Shown here piece by piece: positions 1 to 15,000 of a stretch of 64,000 nucleotides of DNA (position 1 is the first letter of the stretch; the number at the start of each line of letters is the position of its first letter). The stretch covers positions 1 to 64,000 of the forward strand of contig JAWBWS010000001.1 of the NCBI GenBank assembly GCA_038999725.1. Direction: 5' to 3'. The translations under genes and the position numbers were made by a program. The notes under the pieces were generated by a model. The model had not been told where the DNA came from. It saw nothing but the letters and a program-made list of their open reading frames with translations, and did no database searches. This DNA comes from Candidatus Aenigmatarchaeota archaeon. Its GTDB lineage: Archaea > Aenigmatarchaeota > Aenigmatarchaeia > CG10238-14 > SCSR01.

Positions 1-1
1 C

Positions 2-3000
2 ACTTCTCTACAAGTTTGGAACAAGGGAAACCTACCAGCAAACAATTTCAACATAACAGATAACAAAAACAACGTTTCGGTAACACATTCGAATGATTTA
101 GTTTTCCAAAATCCTTGGGCAAGTGATGGAAGTACTGCTACCATAATTCAAGGTTCTCAAGTTATTTGGGGTAATAACAACATAAATTTCAATTTACCAA
201 CAGGTAAAGATTTCTCCAAATTTTACAATTACACGATTTTTGTACCTTATCAAACAAATGGAACCTTTAAGTTTCAAGGAATTGGATTAAACGCTACACC
301 AAATTATGTTTTCTATGATGAACCTTATACAATTTTTATAGCTTGCGGTGCTTCTTTAAGTGTTAGTGAACCCACAATTAAAAAAGGAGAAATAACTAAT
401 CCACCAATTTATGCTGGAGATATTTTCAACATTTCCTCAACAATTTACAACGATGGTCCTGGGAATGCAACTAATGTAATTGTTGAAATTAACTATACCA
501 ACACAACTCTCATCTCGGGCTTAGAAAATCTTGTAATCAAAAACTTTACCCAAGAAATTAGCAACTTAACTTACTTCGAAACAATTGGTCCAAAACAATC
601 TAAAGTTGCTCATGTTGATTATACTTACATCGTTAATACAAGCAGTGTATCTCCAGGAACAATAAGGTTTTGCATAAAAGCAAACGCAACAGAAAATTCT
701 ACTCAAGTTATAGCATGCAAAGATGTAACTTTAAATGCACCGCCAGCAGTAATTGAAATGGAAAATCCGCTAATAATTTCTGATGAAACTGGAACTTCAA
801 CTGGCTCATGGGGTTTCAACTTTACTTTTAATATAAGCGTTAGAGTTAGCAATTCTGACAATCCTGTTCAAGTTTGTTCTTACTTTAGCAAAACTGGTAG
901 TGAACCTTGGAAATTGGTTGGTTGCGATAGCTATGCTGCTCCAGGATCATCTCCAGGTCCATGGAAAAATTTCACTTTCAGATTTGATGCTGATTGTGAA
1001 GATATAGGCTCACCAGTATTTGCAAAATTCAATGCAACAAACAATGCTGGAACAACAAACTCAACCTCAACAACATTTACAATAACAAAAGATAAAATAA
1101 GTTTTGAAGATATAATTGGGAATAATACAGAAACAAGAAGGGGAAAAACCACTACTCTACTTGCTTTAAGGATTAGAGATGTGAATGGAACTTTAGTTAC
1201 AAACTTGCCAATAACTTTTTATGTAACCTTAGATGGCTCAATTTACGATTCTGGAACAACCAACACAACAAATTCTTCTGCTTATGCAAACTATTACTTC
1301 CAAGCAAGATGCTCACCCAAATATCAAGTAGGATATCAAAAATGGAAAGCTGTTTTAAGCAATGATGCTTGCTACCAAGACAATTCTACAGAAAATTACT
1401 TCAATTTATCGGTATTGGTGATGGGAGATATTGTTCTTAGTTTTATGAGGCCAGATGGTCTGACAAACTATACACAAGAACAAGAAGTTCCTTTCCTTGG
1501 AGCAACTACAGACGATTGTGGAGATGCTCTAACAACAACAGTAAGATACTTTGCCAATAAAAGCACAACAAGCTTTGAATGCTCTCCAGTAAGCCAAGTT
1601 GGGGCTAACGCTTACACTTGCGATTGGCAAACCGATATTTCTACACCTATGGGATGGTACAATGCTAGTATGATTGTAAACAAAACTTACCATTACGATA
1701 ATAATACTGCAAACTTAGGAGTTCCAGGTTTATTCTATCTATTCCCGATTAAAAAGCTTGAGAATCCTTCAGCTATACCAACAACAGAAGGTTGGGGTAG
1801 ACCAAACTGGAATTTCTCAGTCTTGGCAAGCTCAGGAGATTCGGAAAATGTTTTGAACGTTAGCTTGTATATGGCAAAATCTTGGCCACCTGCAACAAAA
1901 TGTGATGCTCCAACTTGTTTAAACCAAACTCCAACTGAATGTTTAAACTGCATAGGAGAAACCAAATTCTGGTACAGAAACTTTTCAGCAAGCGAGCAGG
2001 GGACTTGGTATTATCAATTCAAGATGGATGGAAAAGAAACTGAGCAAGTTTTGTCAGTTACAGTAGAAAAGGATGATACTTTAATAGAATATTCTGAAGG
2101 AAATAACTCTTTTGCAAGATATTCTCCTGCAGAACCTGCAAAGCTTGTTGTAAGAGTTTTTGATTTAGATGCAAATACTTACAATTTAAATCCTCCAGCA
2201 AATGTTAACTTCCGAATTAATTATACTGGAATATACGATAAATTAGCTGGCTCAAATACCACAAACTCAACAGGATACGCTGTTTTCTACTTCATTCCAG
2301 ATTGTAGCTATAATGGTGGAGATCAATATTGGTATGTTGAGATTAATTCAAGTGATCCGAATTATAAACCCAGTTTTTCAAATCAATTTAACATAAGTTT
2401 GGATGTAACAGGATGTAAAGCTCAAGTAGATGTTACAGAAGTTCTAACTCCAAAGGAGGTGTTTGAATACAGGAATTTCACCATAAATGCAACAATAACA
2501 AGCTTGGTTAACACAAGCTACAATGTGAATGCAACCATTATTTTACCAGAAGGATGGCAAGTTGATGGAGAAAAACGTGAGCTTGGAACATTAAATCCAG
2601 GTGAAGTTAAAAAAGTTTGGTGGAATATAAATGCAACTAGCTACGGAGAAGCTAATGTAACAATACTTGTGAATGGAACAAGAGACGATGGAGTTGTAAC
2701 GAATGACACATTAATTTCAGGCAAGTTTATTGTTTATAAAGTTAAGCCTGCTGGTTTACCGATAGAAAACTTACCAATAGAATTGTTGGCTGGAGAGAAT
2801 AAGACATTTAGTTGGAGTTGTGAAGCAGGTCAATACAGAATAGCCAATCTAACGGTAAGCTCAACCAATTTAACTACTTCTCCAAAAGATGTTTTATTAA
2901 GAGTTTATGCTTATGATGGAAGTGAATGGAAGGATATTTTGCATAGCTATAAGATTAATTTAAATGGAAGTAGAGTTGATTTCATTCCTGTTTTGCAAGA

Positions 3001-6000
3001 TCAATTAAATGCAGACGAAAGCGGATATTGTAGGTTTAGGATTAGCAATATAGGAAGTAATCCAATAAATATCACTGGATTAACATTAGAGGGATATTAC
3101 AATGAAACTGTTGCTATACAAGATGTACAAGTAAAAGTTAATGAAACAATTACTACAGGATTAGAAACTAGTGAGGAATTATTCAATGTAACAGTAAGAA
3201 TTGCTAATTCGAACTCAAATTCCTTCTCTGGTACACTTTGGTTAAACATCACAGACTCTTCAGGTTATCTTGTTAATTATTCTTCTCAATCTGTAAACAT
3301 TCCTGGAAACTCGATAAGTTTTTTCGATTTCACCAACATCAATACATCCACATGGCTTCCAGACACTTACAGTCTAAAAGCTTACTTAAGCTACGATTCT
3401 GGGTCAAGAGAAAGAATAGAGCAACTTATATTCAGGGATGTAATTGTTGAGAGTAAATCAAGCAAATGGATGTGTAATTCTACAACTGAAGAATATAGGG
3501 TAACAATAGTTCATCCATTCACAGATAGCATACAATACAATGTTTCATTAGAAGTGCCTTCTGGTTGGAGTTATTCGCCAAGCTATCAGTTAGTGAATGC
3601 TTCTTCTGATGGTAATTACACTGTTACATTTAATTTAACTTCATCTAATGCAGTAAGTGAAACTGCAATTGTAAATGCAACTGTTACCTATACCTATCCT
3701 GCTTCAAGCAAGAGGAAGAATTCTAGCTTTACTATAGAAGAAAGCAACAGCATTGCCGTTATAGAAATAATAAGGGAAACTCCGAAAATTGTTGCTAACA
3801 ATAGAGTCTTTGAATCTCAACTAAGTGTTCACAACAAAGGATGTGCAGCTACTAGTGGAACAACTATAGTAAAAGAAATAGTTAGCACAGGCTGGACACC
3901 TGCAAATCCTGGAATAAGAGGGGATGTATCTGGCTCTTCATCAGTTGACTTAGAAAACAATCTAATAATATGGCAATTAGGAAGCATAGGAGTAAACAAA
4001 TATGCAGTATTGACTTATCAGATAAAATCTCCTGTTGATTTAGCAAAGGAAGGAAGTTTAAGGTATAATGTAAGTTGGGATTCTAAAAGCTTACAAGAAG
4101 AAAAAAGTTTTGTAGTTCAGACATTCAATTACACAGGAGAAAGTCATTTAGAGTTTGACTTAGAAGTAATACAGCAACCAGAATATCCTTGGCCTGAGCC
4201 AAGGAGCGCCCAGTTGAATAAAAACTACAATTATTCTTTAAAAGTAACTAACATAGGTGATATAACTGCAACAGGTTGGAATGTTAGCTTAAGTATACCA
4301 CCAACATGTAATGTTACACAAGTTTTTAATGATGGAAATTGGAATGAAACTTCTCGCAAGATAACATGGGAGTTACCTGACATAGGAATTAAACAAAGTA
4401 GCTATCTTAATTTTACTTTAAATTGTTCTTCTCAAGGAAAACAAGTTTTAATAGTAGAAGGAGTTAAAGATACAAGAAGCGAGACAAGCTTTACTAGTGA
4501 TACTAATATTGGTTGTCAAGGCTCTTCTTGCTCAATTGTTCAAGGCTATACTTTCACTAAGCCAAGCGATGCAAGATATGAGAAATTAAAAGAGATAAGC
4601 TTTTTAATAAACCATGATTGGAAAGGCCAGAATATTACCATAGGGCAAGGTTATGTTACTTTTACAGATGATACTGGCAAATATAATTTGGCATGGCAGA
4701 ACTATTCTTTTGTTACAGTTAATGGAAAAGTTTGGGCTAACTATAGCATAGATGAATCTGAGCAGAACAATTATGTTCAATCTTCTCGCAATATTGGTGT
4801 TAATAGCCATGTTGATTCAACTTACAATCCTTATGGTAATGTTACGATTGAAAAAATAAGCTATACTTGGAAGACTGGTAAATTGTTCAAAGAAGGGCAA
4901 GAATTGTTTACTAAAGTAAAAGTTTATACTTATGCTCCTTTGCTAGAAAATGCAACTCTTTACATTAATGGTAATCCTTCTATTACAACTGGTGGTTGGG
5001 GAGAAGAATTCAACTTTAGCGTGATGGTTAGAGACAGATTCGGGAGAGACGTAACAGTTTATGCATGGCATAAACCAGTCGCTGCTGCAGATTACAGTTT
5101 AATAGGAAGTTGGATTTGTTATTCTTGCTTAGATTGGCAACAAGCTAACTTTACTTACGATTATTTACCAGAGAATATAACGACTTGGCAGTTTAAGTTT
5201 AATGCAAGTAACACTGATGGAAATTCTGAGCTAGAAGGCTATACTTACACAGTAGAAAAGGATGACATTAACATTTACAATATAACTCCTTCTCCAGATG
5301 CAATTGTTAATCGTTCGACCTCAACTGTTTTTTCAGTAAGAGCATATGATAGAGATAATCAAAGCTATCCAACTGGAAGTTATGGTAAGATTTGGCTAAC
5401 CATATTTTCTATAACTCAATGGGAATCTCCTTCTATACTAACAAGCGATAATGGTTGGATTAACAGAACTATTACAAATTCAATTTGGTGTGAGGATACA
5501 AGCAAATGGTATCTTGGGGTGCATTCTTGGTATGGTGGGACAAGCGGAGATGCTTATGTTAAAGACAATGTTACTTCTGTTCTCAATTTTACTCTAAAAG
5601 GAGATTTGAGCAATAGCCAAATGCAAAGCTTTAACAGCAATTATACTCGTGGAGATACAATCACTTTCTCTGGAACGGTAATAGACGATTGTTCTATTAC
5701 TCAAAGTGACCCAATGAAATTTGGTTTAGAGTTTAGAATGATTAAAGATGGAATAGTATATGGTAGCTGCACAACTCCAACTACTGGCTTCTCTTGTCAG
5801 ATAACAACAGATTCAAGCTTTCCATACGGTTGGTATGATATAGAAATGATTTCATTTGCTAGAGGAGACTTATCAGATAAATATTGGAATGGTAGTTTGA
5901 CAACAACAAATGCATTCTTCTTGAGAAGTCAAATCTTGCTAGAGGATGTAAAGAAAATACCATCAGAAAATCTGGTACCGTGGGGTAAATCTCCTTACAA

Positions 6001-9000
6001 CTTTAGCGTGAATGTAACTAGTTTAGACAATGAGATGGTAACAGTTTATTTATGGATGAAAAACTCGACTCATGACTGGTGGATTGAAAGCTCGACAACC
6101 TGTACAAATTGTAATAACTATTACTTCTTCACTTCAAAACAGTTTAGTAACAACAGTATTCCAGGAAATATATGGTATTGGAAGTTTAATGCTTCCTCTG
6201 TGACAGGGTATAGAAACAATACCTTAAGCATAGAGCAGTTCAATGTGACCAAAGATGCAATCAGCTTTAGAAACTTTGGTGGAAACAATAGTTATGTCAA
6301 CAGAACATCCTTACCAAATACAATAGTTAACTTAACTACCCAAGTTTGGGATCTTGTGCTAAATCAAAATACTCTTGCTGTAAACACTCCAAACATAACT
6401 TTGCAAGAAATTCAATTCTTTGTATATAATGGCTCAAGTTATGTAGAAAATGAAACAGATGAATTGAGAAATGATACAGACTACATAAAAAGCTTTAATC
6501 CCGACTGTAGCTTTATTCCTGGGGCAAGATACTGGAATGTGAGTGTAACAGGAACTCAAGCTTATGAAGACAATACTACAACTGGCTATGTTAATTTGAT
6601 TGTTAATATCATTGGAGATTTGAATGCTACTTACATTGACCCAACAAACCTAGTTGAATACGAAATTGGTTCAATTATAACCTTCTCAGGAAATGTTAGT
6701 GACGAGTGCTTCAATGAAATAAACAATGCTAACGTTGAATTTAGGCTTGAGAATGCTACTCATGTTAAATATGTTTGCACTTCTAGCTCAACTTCCAATC
6801 CATATACTTGCAACTTTGATACAAGTGGGAAGGATGTTGGCATTTATAATGTTACTATGGTTGCAAGCAAACCTTTCTACAATAATGCAACAGCCTTTGA
6901 GATGAATGCTTTTAAGATTAAATCAACTCCAAAACTTAAAGGAGCAAGAGTTACTCCAAGAACAGAAGGTTGGTCTGTTTTAAGGAACTTTACTGTTAAT
7001 GTTACTGATAATCCAGGAGATACTGTTACTGTTTACTTATGGGAAGCTCCCATTGGGACAGAAAACTGGATTCAAATTGGATCAAGCCAACAATGCACCT
7101 CATGTTCCAACACAACACTTTGGTGGAGCAAAACCTATTCCTGTAGTGATATAGGAACAAAGATTTACAAATTCAACGCAACAGATATGGAAGGAAACAG
7201 CTATACTACCATTAGCTCCGACTACACGATAGATAATCAAGTGATATTCGAGAAGGACAATGTTTTGATAGAATATGTAGCAGGAAATGAGACTGATGCT
7301 ACTCTAGAACAAGCCGTTGAGTTGATTTTGAGAGTTTATGATATTGATAGCTCAAGTTATGTTTCCAGCCCATCAGCCTCTGTGAGCTATAATCTAACTA
7401 AAGAAGGAATAGGTTCAGCTTATTATACTTCAATAACAAACACGACAAATGCGAGTGGTTATGTTATTTACTACTTTAAGCCAGACTTGAGCTTTTCAAC
7501 AACAAAGCAGAATTGGCTTGGGTTTGTTCCTTCTTCTGATTCTTGCTATCAATACAATTCATCAAACACTTTCAATGTAACAACATGGACTAATGTTCCT
7601 AGGCTAGAGAATGCTTCTGTTGATGTGATAACAGAAGGTTGGGGTATTGCCCGTACATTTAACATAACAGTTTATGACCAAAATTCTACTGCCACAATTT
7701 ACTTGTGGAGATCTTCTTCTTTAACAGGACCTTGGATTCAAATGAACTCTTCAAGTTATTCAACTCCAGGACAATGGCAAACCTTCAGCTTCTATCAGAC
7801 ATTCGATTGTTCTCAGCAAGGAACCTGGTACTATAAGTTTAATGCAAGCAACTTAATGGGAAACAAGAATTCTACACTAGAAGTAGCTACCAATAACTTC
7901 ACTTTAACTCAAGACACAATCTTGTTTGAAGATGTAATTGGTAATAACTCAATCGCAAATAGGCGTGGAGATCAAGTTGATTTATTAGGAGTTAGGGTAA
8001 GAGACTTGAATGGAACTTTGTTACCAAACTTGATGGTCAATTTTACTGTTCAACTTTCTCCTGGAGTTTGGGGACCTGTGTATGGTAATTTAACAAACGA
8101 AAGTGGTTATTCTGTATTCTACTTCAATCCTGGATGCTCACCAAAGTATGAAGTTGGAGATAGAATATGGAAAGCTTATGTTGCTGAAGAAACAAGTGAA
8201 TGCTACAAGTACAACACAACTGCTAATCTTAACCTAACAATCATGGGAGATATTATTTTAGAGTTTGTTAAGCCGGATGGAAACATTAACTATACTCAAG
8301 AAGATGTCATCCCATTCTTGGGCTCAACCACAGACGATTGTGGAGATGCTTTAACCACCACGGTAAAATTCTATGCAAATCATTCAACAACAAGCTATAA
8401 TTGCACTTCAGTAAGCCAAGTTGGAGCTAATGCTTACACTTGTGATTTGCCGACAAGCTTACAAACTGCTAAAGGATGGTATAACACAACAATGATGGCG
8501 AATAGGAGTTATCACTATGATAACCAAACTGTAAATACTGGCTTGCCACTAGGGAGAGGGAGTTTGTTCTACTTGTTGCCAAAACTTAAACTACAAAATC
8601 CATCGGGTTTACCAACACAAGCTGGATGGGGTTATAGAAACTGGAACTTTTCAGTTATAGTAAGCTCCGGAGACCCTGACGTGATTTATAACACTTCCTT
8701 GTATATGGCAAAATCTTGGCCACCTGCAACAAAATGTGATGCTCCAACTTGTTTAAACCAAACTCCAACTGAATGTTTAAACTGCATAGGAGAAACCAAA
8801 TTCTGGTACAGAAACTTTTCAGCAAGCGAGCAGGGGACTTGGTATTATCAATTCAAGATGGATGGAAAAGAAACTGAGCAAGTTTTGTCAGTTACAGTAG
8901 AAAAGGATGATACTTTAATAGAATATTCTGAAGGAAATAACTCTTTTGCAAGATATTCTCCTGCAGAACCTGCAAAGCTTGTTGTAAGAGTTTTTGATTT

Positions 9001-12000
9001 AGATGCAAATACTTACAATTTAAATCCTCCAGCAAATGTTAACTTCAGGATAAAATACAACGGAGTTTATGATAAAATTGTTGGAAGCAATACAACCAAT
9101 TCTTCAGGTTATGTAGAATTCTACTTCACTCCTGACTGCAGTTTTAATGGTGGCAATCAATACTGGTATGCTGAAATAAATTCTTCTGAACCAAACTACA
9201 AGCCAAGTACTTCCCAAGAATTCAACATAAGCTTGGATGTTTCAGGTTGTGTACCGCAAGTTCAAGTTTCTGTAATTTACAATCCAAGAGAAGTTTTCCT
9301 CTATCGCAACTTTACTGTTAACGCAAGCATAACAATAATTGGCCCAGAAGAAAGTCAAGGAGATAATATTTATGCTAACGTGAGTTTGCCTCCTGGCTGG
9401 CAAGTTGACGAAACAACTAAAAGCTTAGGAAGCATACAAGTAGGGGAAGTGAAAACAGTTTGGTGGCATGTAAATGCTACAAGCTACGGCTTAGTTAATG
9501 CAACAATTTTTGCAAACTCGAGCAACGCTGGTAGCGATACTTTAACTTCTGATGATTTTGTTGTGTATAAGCTTATGCCTTCTTCTCCTCCAACAGAATC
9601 TTTACCAGAAATCTTGGAAGCGAAGGAAGAAAAAATATTTTCATGGGAGTGTGAAGTTGGTGAATATAGAATTGCAAACTTAACTATAGCTTCAACAAAC
9701 TTGACTTCTCAGCCGAAAGAAGTTTTGTTGAGAATTTTTGCTTACAACGGAAGTGAATGGATTGATGTGTTGCATAGTTATAAAATCAACTTAAGTGAAA
9801 GCAGAAAAGATTTCGTTCCTATATTGCAAAATCAATTAAACGCTGATGAAACTGGTTATTGTAGAGTTAAAATAAGTAATTTGGGAATTAATCCAATCAA
9901 CCTTACTAGCTTAACCCTTTCAGCTTACTACAATGAAACTGTTGAAATTCAAGATGTTCAAGTTGAAGTTGGAGGACAAGTTACTACTGGAATAGAACCA
10001 GGGGAAGAATTTTTCAACGTTACTGTAAGAATTGTAAATTCAAACTCTAAAAGCTATTCAGGAACTCTTTGGCTTAACATCACAAACAGTTCAGGTTATT
10101 TAGTCCACTCTTCTTCCCAACCTGTTGACATTCCTGCCAATGGCATGGCTCTAATCAACTTTACTAATGTAGCTACTTCTAATTGGCTAGAAGATGATTA
10201 CAACTTAAAAGCTTACTTAAGCTACGATTCTGGCTTTGTAGAAAGAAATGAAAAGTTGATATTCAAATCTATTTCTGTCTCAAGTAAATCAAGCAAATGG
10301 ATTTGCAATTCTTCAACAGAACAATACAATGTTACAATAGTTCATCCTTTCACTGATAGCGTACAATACAATGTTACTTTAGAAGTTCCTCCTGGCTGGA
10401 GCTTTAACCCAAGCTATCAGTTGATAACTGTAAATTCTTCTGGAAATTATAGTTTAAGCTTCAACTTGACTTCTAGCAATGGTGAAAATGAAATTGTAAT
10501 TGTTAATGCAACTGTAAGTTACATATATCCTGGAATTCAAAAATCGAAAAAAGCAAGCTTCATGATACAAGAGAGCAATTCTATAGCCATTTTGGAAGTA
10601 GTAAGAGAAACTCCAAAGCTTGTGGGTAAAGATACTGTGTTTGATTCTCAGTTAACAATTCACAACAAAGGATGTGCTGCCACAAGTGGGGTAACAATAG
10701 TTAAAGAAGTTTTGTCCACAGGCTGGACTCCTGCAAACCCAGGAATAAAAACAAATGAATATGGAAGTGACGTTCAGCTCATTTCAAGCTCGGTTGATTT
10801 GATAAACAATCTAATAATATGGCAACTAGGTTCGATAGAAGTCAACAAATATGCAGTTCTAACTTATCAGGTCAAATCTCCTCCAAGTTTAAGTCAGCAA
10901 GGAAGCTTAAGATACAACATAAGCTGGGAAGATAAAAATCTGGAAGAAGAAAAAGTTTTTGACATTCAAACTTTCAATTATACACAAGAATCTCATTTAG
11001 AATTTGACTTAGAAGTTTTACAGCAAGCTGATTATCCATGGCCTGAGCCAAGAAGTGCTCAGTTAAATAAAGATTACAACTACAGCTTGAAAGTTACTAA
11101 TGTTGGTGATACTTTAGCAAGTGGTTGGAATGTAAGTATAAAAATACCAGAAGCCTGTGAAGTTAAGCAGGTATACAATTCAGGATCTTGGGATGAAACT
11201 TCAAGAAAGATTACATGGCAACTTCCTGATTTGGCTGTTTATTCAAGTGTGAGACTAAACTTCACTTTGAATTGCTTTTCCTTAGGCAAACAAGTCTTGA
11301 TAGCAGAAGGGATAAAAGATACCAGAGAAGAAACAAGCTTTGTTAACAACACAAACATAAATTGCTTTGGCTCGAGTTGCTCATTAATCCAAGCTTACGG
11401 CTTCACTAAACCAAGCAATGTAAGATATGAAAAACTGAAGGAAGTAAGCTTTCTTGTAAGCTATGAATGGAAAGGGCAGAATGTAACAATTGGACAAGCT
11501 TCTGTTAGTTTTGCTGATGATTTGCTTAATTACAAAATTGCCTGGCAAAATTATTCCTTAGACTCTTCAACCGAAAAAGTTTGGGGCAATTACAGTATAG
11601 ATGAAAGTGAACAAGAAAAATTCATCTCGACAATCAGAAATATTTCATTAAATGCTTATACAGACGCAACTCATGAGCCAAAAGCTAATTTAACAATAGA
11701 AAAAATTGTTTATACTTGGAAGACCGGTAAACTATTTGAAGAAGAGCAAGAGTTATTCACAAAAATTAAAGTTTACACTTATCCACCATTGCTTGAAAAC
11801 TCAACCTTGTATATAAACACAGATAAAACAAAAACGAGTGGAGGATGGGGAGAACAGTTTAACTTTAGTGTGATGGTGAGAGACAGATTTGGAAGGGATG
11901 TCACAGTTTATGCATGGCACAGGAAAGGAATTGCTGATTATTCCTTAATTGGGAGTTGGATTTGCTATTCTTGCTTAGAATGGACCCAAGCAAACTTTAG

Positions 12001-15000
12001 CTATGATTATGTTGGAAGTGATATAGGAAGTTGGGACTTCAAGTTCAATGCAACCAATTCAGACGGTTCTTCCGAGCTAGCAGGATATGGTTATACGATA
12101 GAGGCTGATGACATAAATATTTATAACATAACTCCAGTGTGGAATACAACAGTGAATAGAAGCGTAATAACCAATTTCATCCTACAAGTTTGGGATAGGG
12201 ATAATCAAAGCTATCCCGGATATTTGCAAGCAGGTCAAGCAGATGAAGGAAGAGGTAAGATCTTCATTTCTAAATTCGGCAACCCAGAAACTTTTGATTC
12301 CTCACCAGCAATTTCAGCAAACGAAACTGGACATTTGGTAAGAAGCATGCAAAATTCTTCTGATAGTTGGTGCAAGGTTAGCGATTATTATCTTGGACAA
12401 AACTATTGGAAGGGTGGAGTAAGTGGAGCTTCAACTTACAAAGATAACATAACCGAAATAATGCCTTTCTGGCTCATGGGTGATTTATCTAATAGCTACT
12501 TAACTCAGCCATTAGGTGAGCAGAATTTCACTCATGGCCAAACGATAAATTTTGATGGAGTAATAAAAGATGATTGTAATGAAGTAAAAACAGATGTTGG
12601 TAAATTTGGTGCTGAATACAGAATTTCACATGGAGAAACAACTTATGTTGTTGTTGCAGATTTGGCTTCCACAAGCTGGCAAGTTCCCCAAGATGCTCCC
12701 TTGGGTTGGTACAATATCACAATGATAAGCTTTTCAGAAGGAATGGAAGCTGGGAAATATTGGAATGGCACTTATTTCAAGCAAAATGCATTCTTCATAG
12801 CAAGTGTGCCGAAACTTGATTCTCCACAAGTTCAACCCTACCCGGAGGGAAGTTGGGAGATAAGGCCATTCAACTTTTCAGTTTTTGTCACTAGTGAAGA
12901 TAATGAAACTGTTTCAACAAAGCTTTGGTTAAAGAATTCAACTTCTGATTGGTATGTGGAAAACTCAACTTCCTGTGAGAATTGTAACAACTATCACTTC
13001 CTCACCAAAAAGAATTTCACTTGTGAGAACATAGGAACATGGCAAGCTAAATTCAATGCAAGCTCAGCAACAAGCTTTACAAGTGAAACCTCTGCCATCA
13101 CATTCAACATCATAAAATCAGCGATTTCAATAAATTATGGGGAAGGAAATAATACAGTTGTTAATAGAAGTGACTTTGCTCCTGGCTATACAACCAAACT
13201 TTCTGTTCAAATTTGGAATTTGATCTTAAACAATTACACAACTGTTATTCCTACTGCTGATGTAAGATTATGGGTGATGAACGATTCATTGAATTGGAAG
13301 GAAGAATTTGAAACCAGCAATGAAACTCATTATTATTTAGATTTCAACCCAGGATGTGATTATTCGCCTGGATTAAGAAAATGGAAAGTTAACTCAAGCC
13401 ATGCATGCTATGCAGATAATAGCTCAGAAGAATTTTATGTAATGATAACTGGGAATTTAACAAATAATTTAGAAAAGCCTGACGGAAGTGTAAACTACAC
13501 TGCTGGCACCTTAATAGAATTAAATGGTAACATAGTTGATGATTGTTCTCAAGCTGTGGTGGGAGCTAATGTTAGATTTAAATTACAATCTGACTCAAAT
13601 GTTTACTATTGTCCATCCACAGGTTATGTAACAAACACCACTGGCAACTTTTATAATTGTACTTGGGACTCTTCTGGAAAAGCAGGTGGATGGTACAATG
13701 TCACCATGGAATCTTCAAAAGATTATCACACAAATGGTAGTTACTTCAGAGAAAATGCATTCTTCCTTATCACGCCAGTTGAGTTAACAAACCCACAAGT
13801 AACTTACCCTGGGGATGGAAGCTGGGGAGAGATTCACAACTTTAGTGTAATTGTAAACCATTATGCAGATGTGGACGTTTGTCTGCTTGAAAAAGTATCC
13901 CCATCAGATCCTTGGAGTGTTACAGAATGTAAATTTGTTTCAAGTCCTGTTAACAAGCTTGTGAATTTCACTAAATCTTATACTTGTAGCGAATATCAAG
14001 CATCTAGCCTTAGATACTTTGCTTTCAATGCAAGTGAACCAGGAGTTCCAGAAACCTATTCAAATACCTCTGCACAAACCCATGTCTTAACAAAAGATGA
14101 CATAGCATTCATTTATGTGGAAGGAAATGAAAGCAGTGTGAATAGAAATGGAAGCTATATTACAAGGTTTATTTTATATGTTAACGACACGGATAGAAAT
14201 CAACCAGCCTATACAACTTTGGGAGCACTAATTAAACCACAAGTCTGGTTTAAAGTTCATAATGGCACTACTTACCTTGAAGATGGATTCAACACGACTA
14301 ATTCCTCTGGTTATGTTGAATATAACTTCAACCCATCTTGCAGCTTTGAGGTTGGTAAAAGAGATTGGTATGGATATACCTCAGCTGATTCTTGTTATAA
14401 AGATGCAAGTTCTTCCACATTTAATGTTACCATAATAGGAGATTTAATTCCAAATGTTGTTTTCCCAGATGGACAAACTTACTACAGAGAACTTTACCTT
14501 TACATACCAATCTCTGGTGATGTAAGAGATGAATGCAACTTACACAATATAACAAATGCCTTAGTCAATTTCACAGCAATAAGTGTTGGTTTTGGTAATC
14601 AATTCGATTGCTCTCCTGTCGACAATCTCGGAAATGGAACTTACAATTGTACATTCAATGCAACAGATGCTCCAGAAGGCTGGTACAATGTGAGGATGAA
14701 CGCAAGTAGTGTTACTTATTACAATAATGGAACGAGTTTTAAACAGAATTCCTTCAGAATAATTCAAAGCTGGCAGCCTCCTGTTTTGGAAGATGAAACA
14801 GTCTTGCCAGAACAAGATTGGGGATGGGGTGAAAATTACACTTTCAAGGTGAATGTTAGCGATGTTAATGCAGAAGATGTTAATGTTAGTCTGTGGCTTT
14901 CTCCAGACAACCAAACTTGGAGTTATGTTTCTTCACAGATATGTTATGATTGTGGAAGTAAGACTGAACTAACCTTCTACTACAAGGGTTATTCTTGCTC

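Noticed and set aside
758..760. ATG 758 as the start of the giant protein
   Set aside because: The frame is open upstream to base 2 and no signal peptide follows this ATG.
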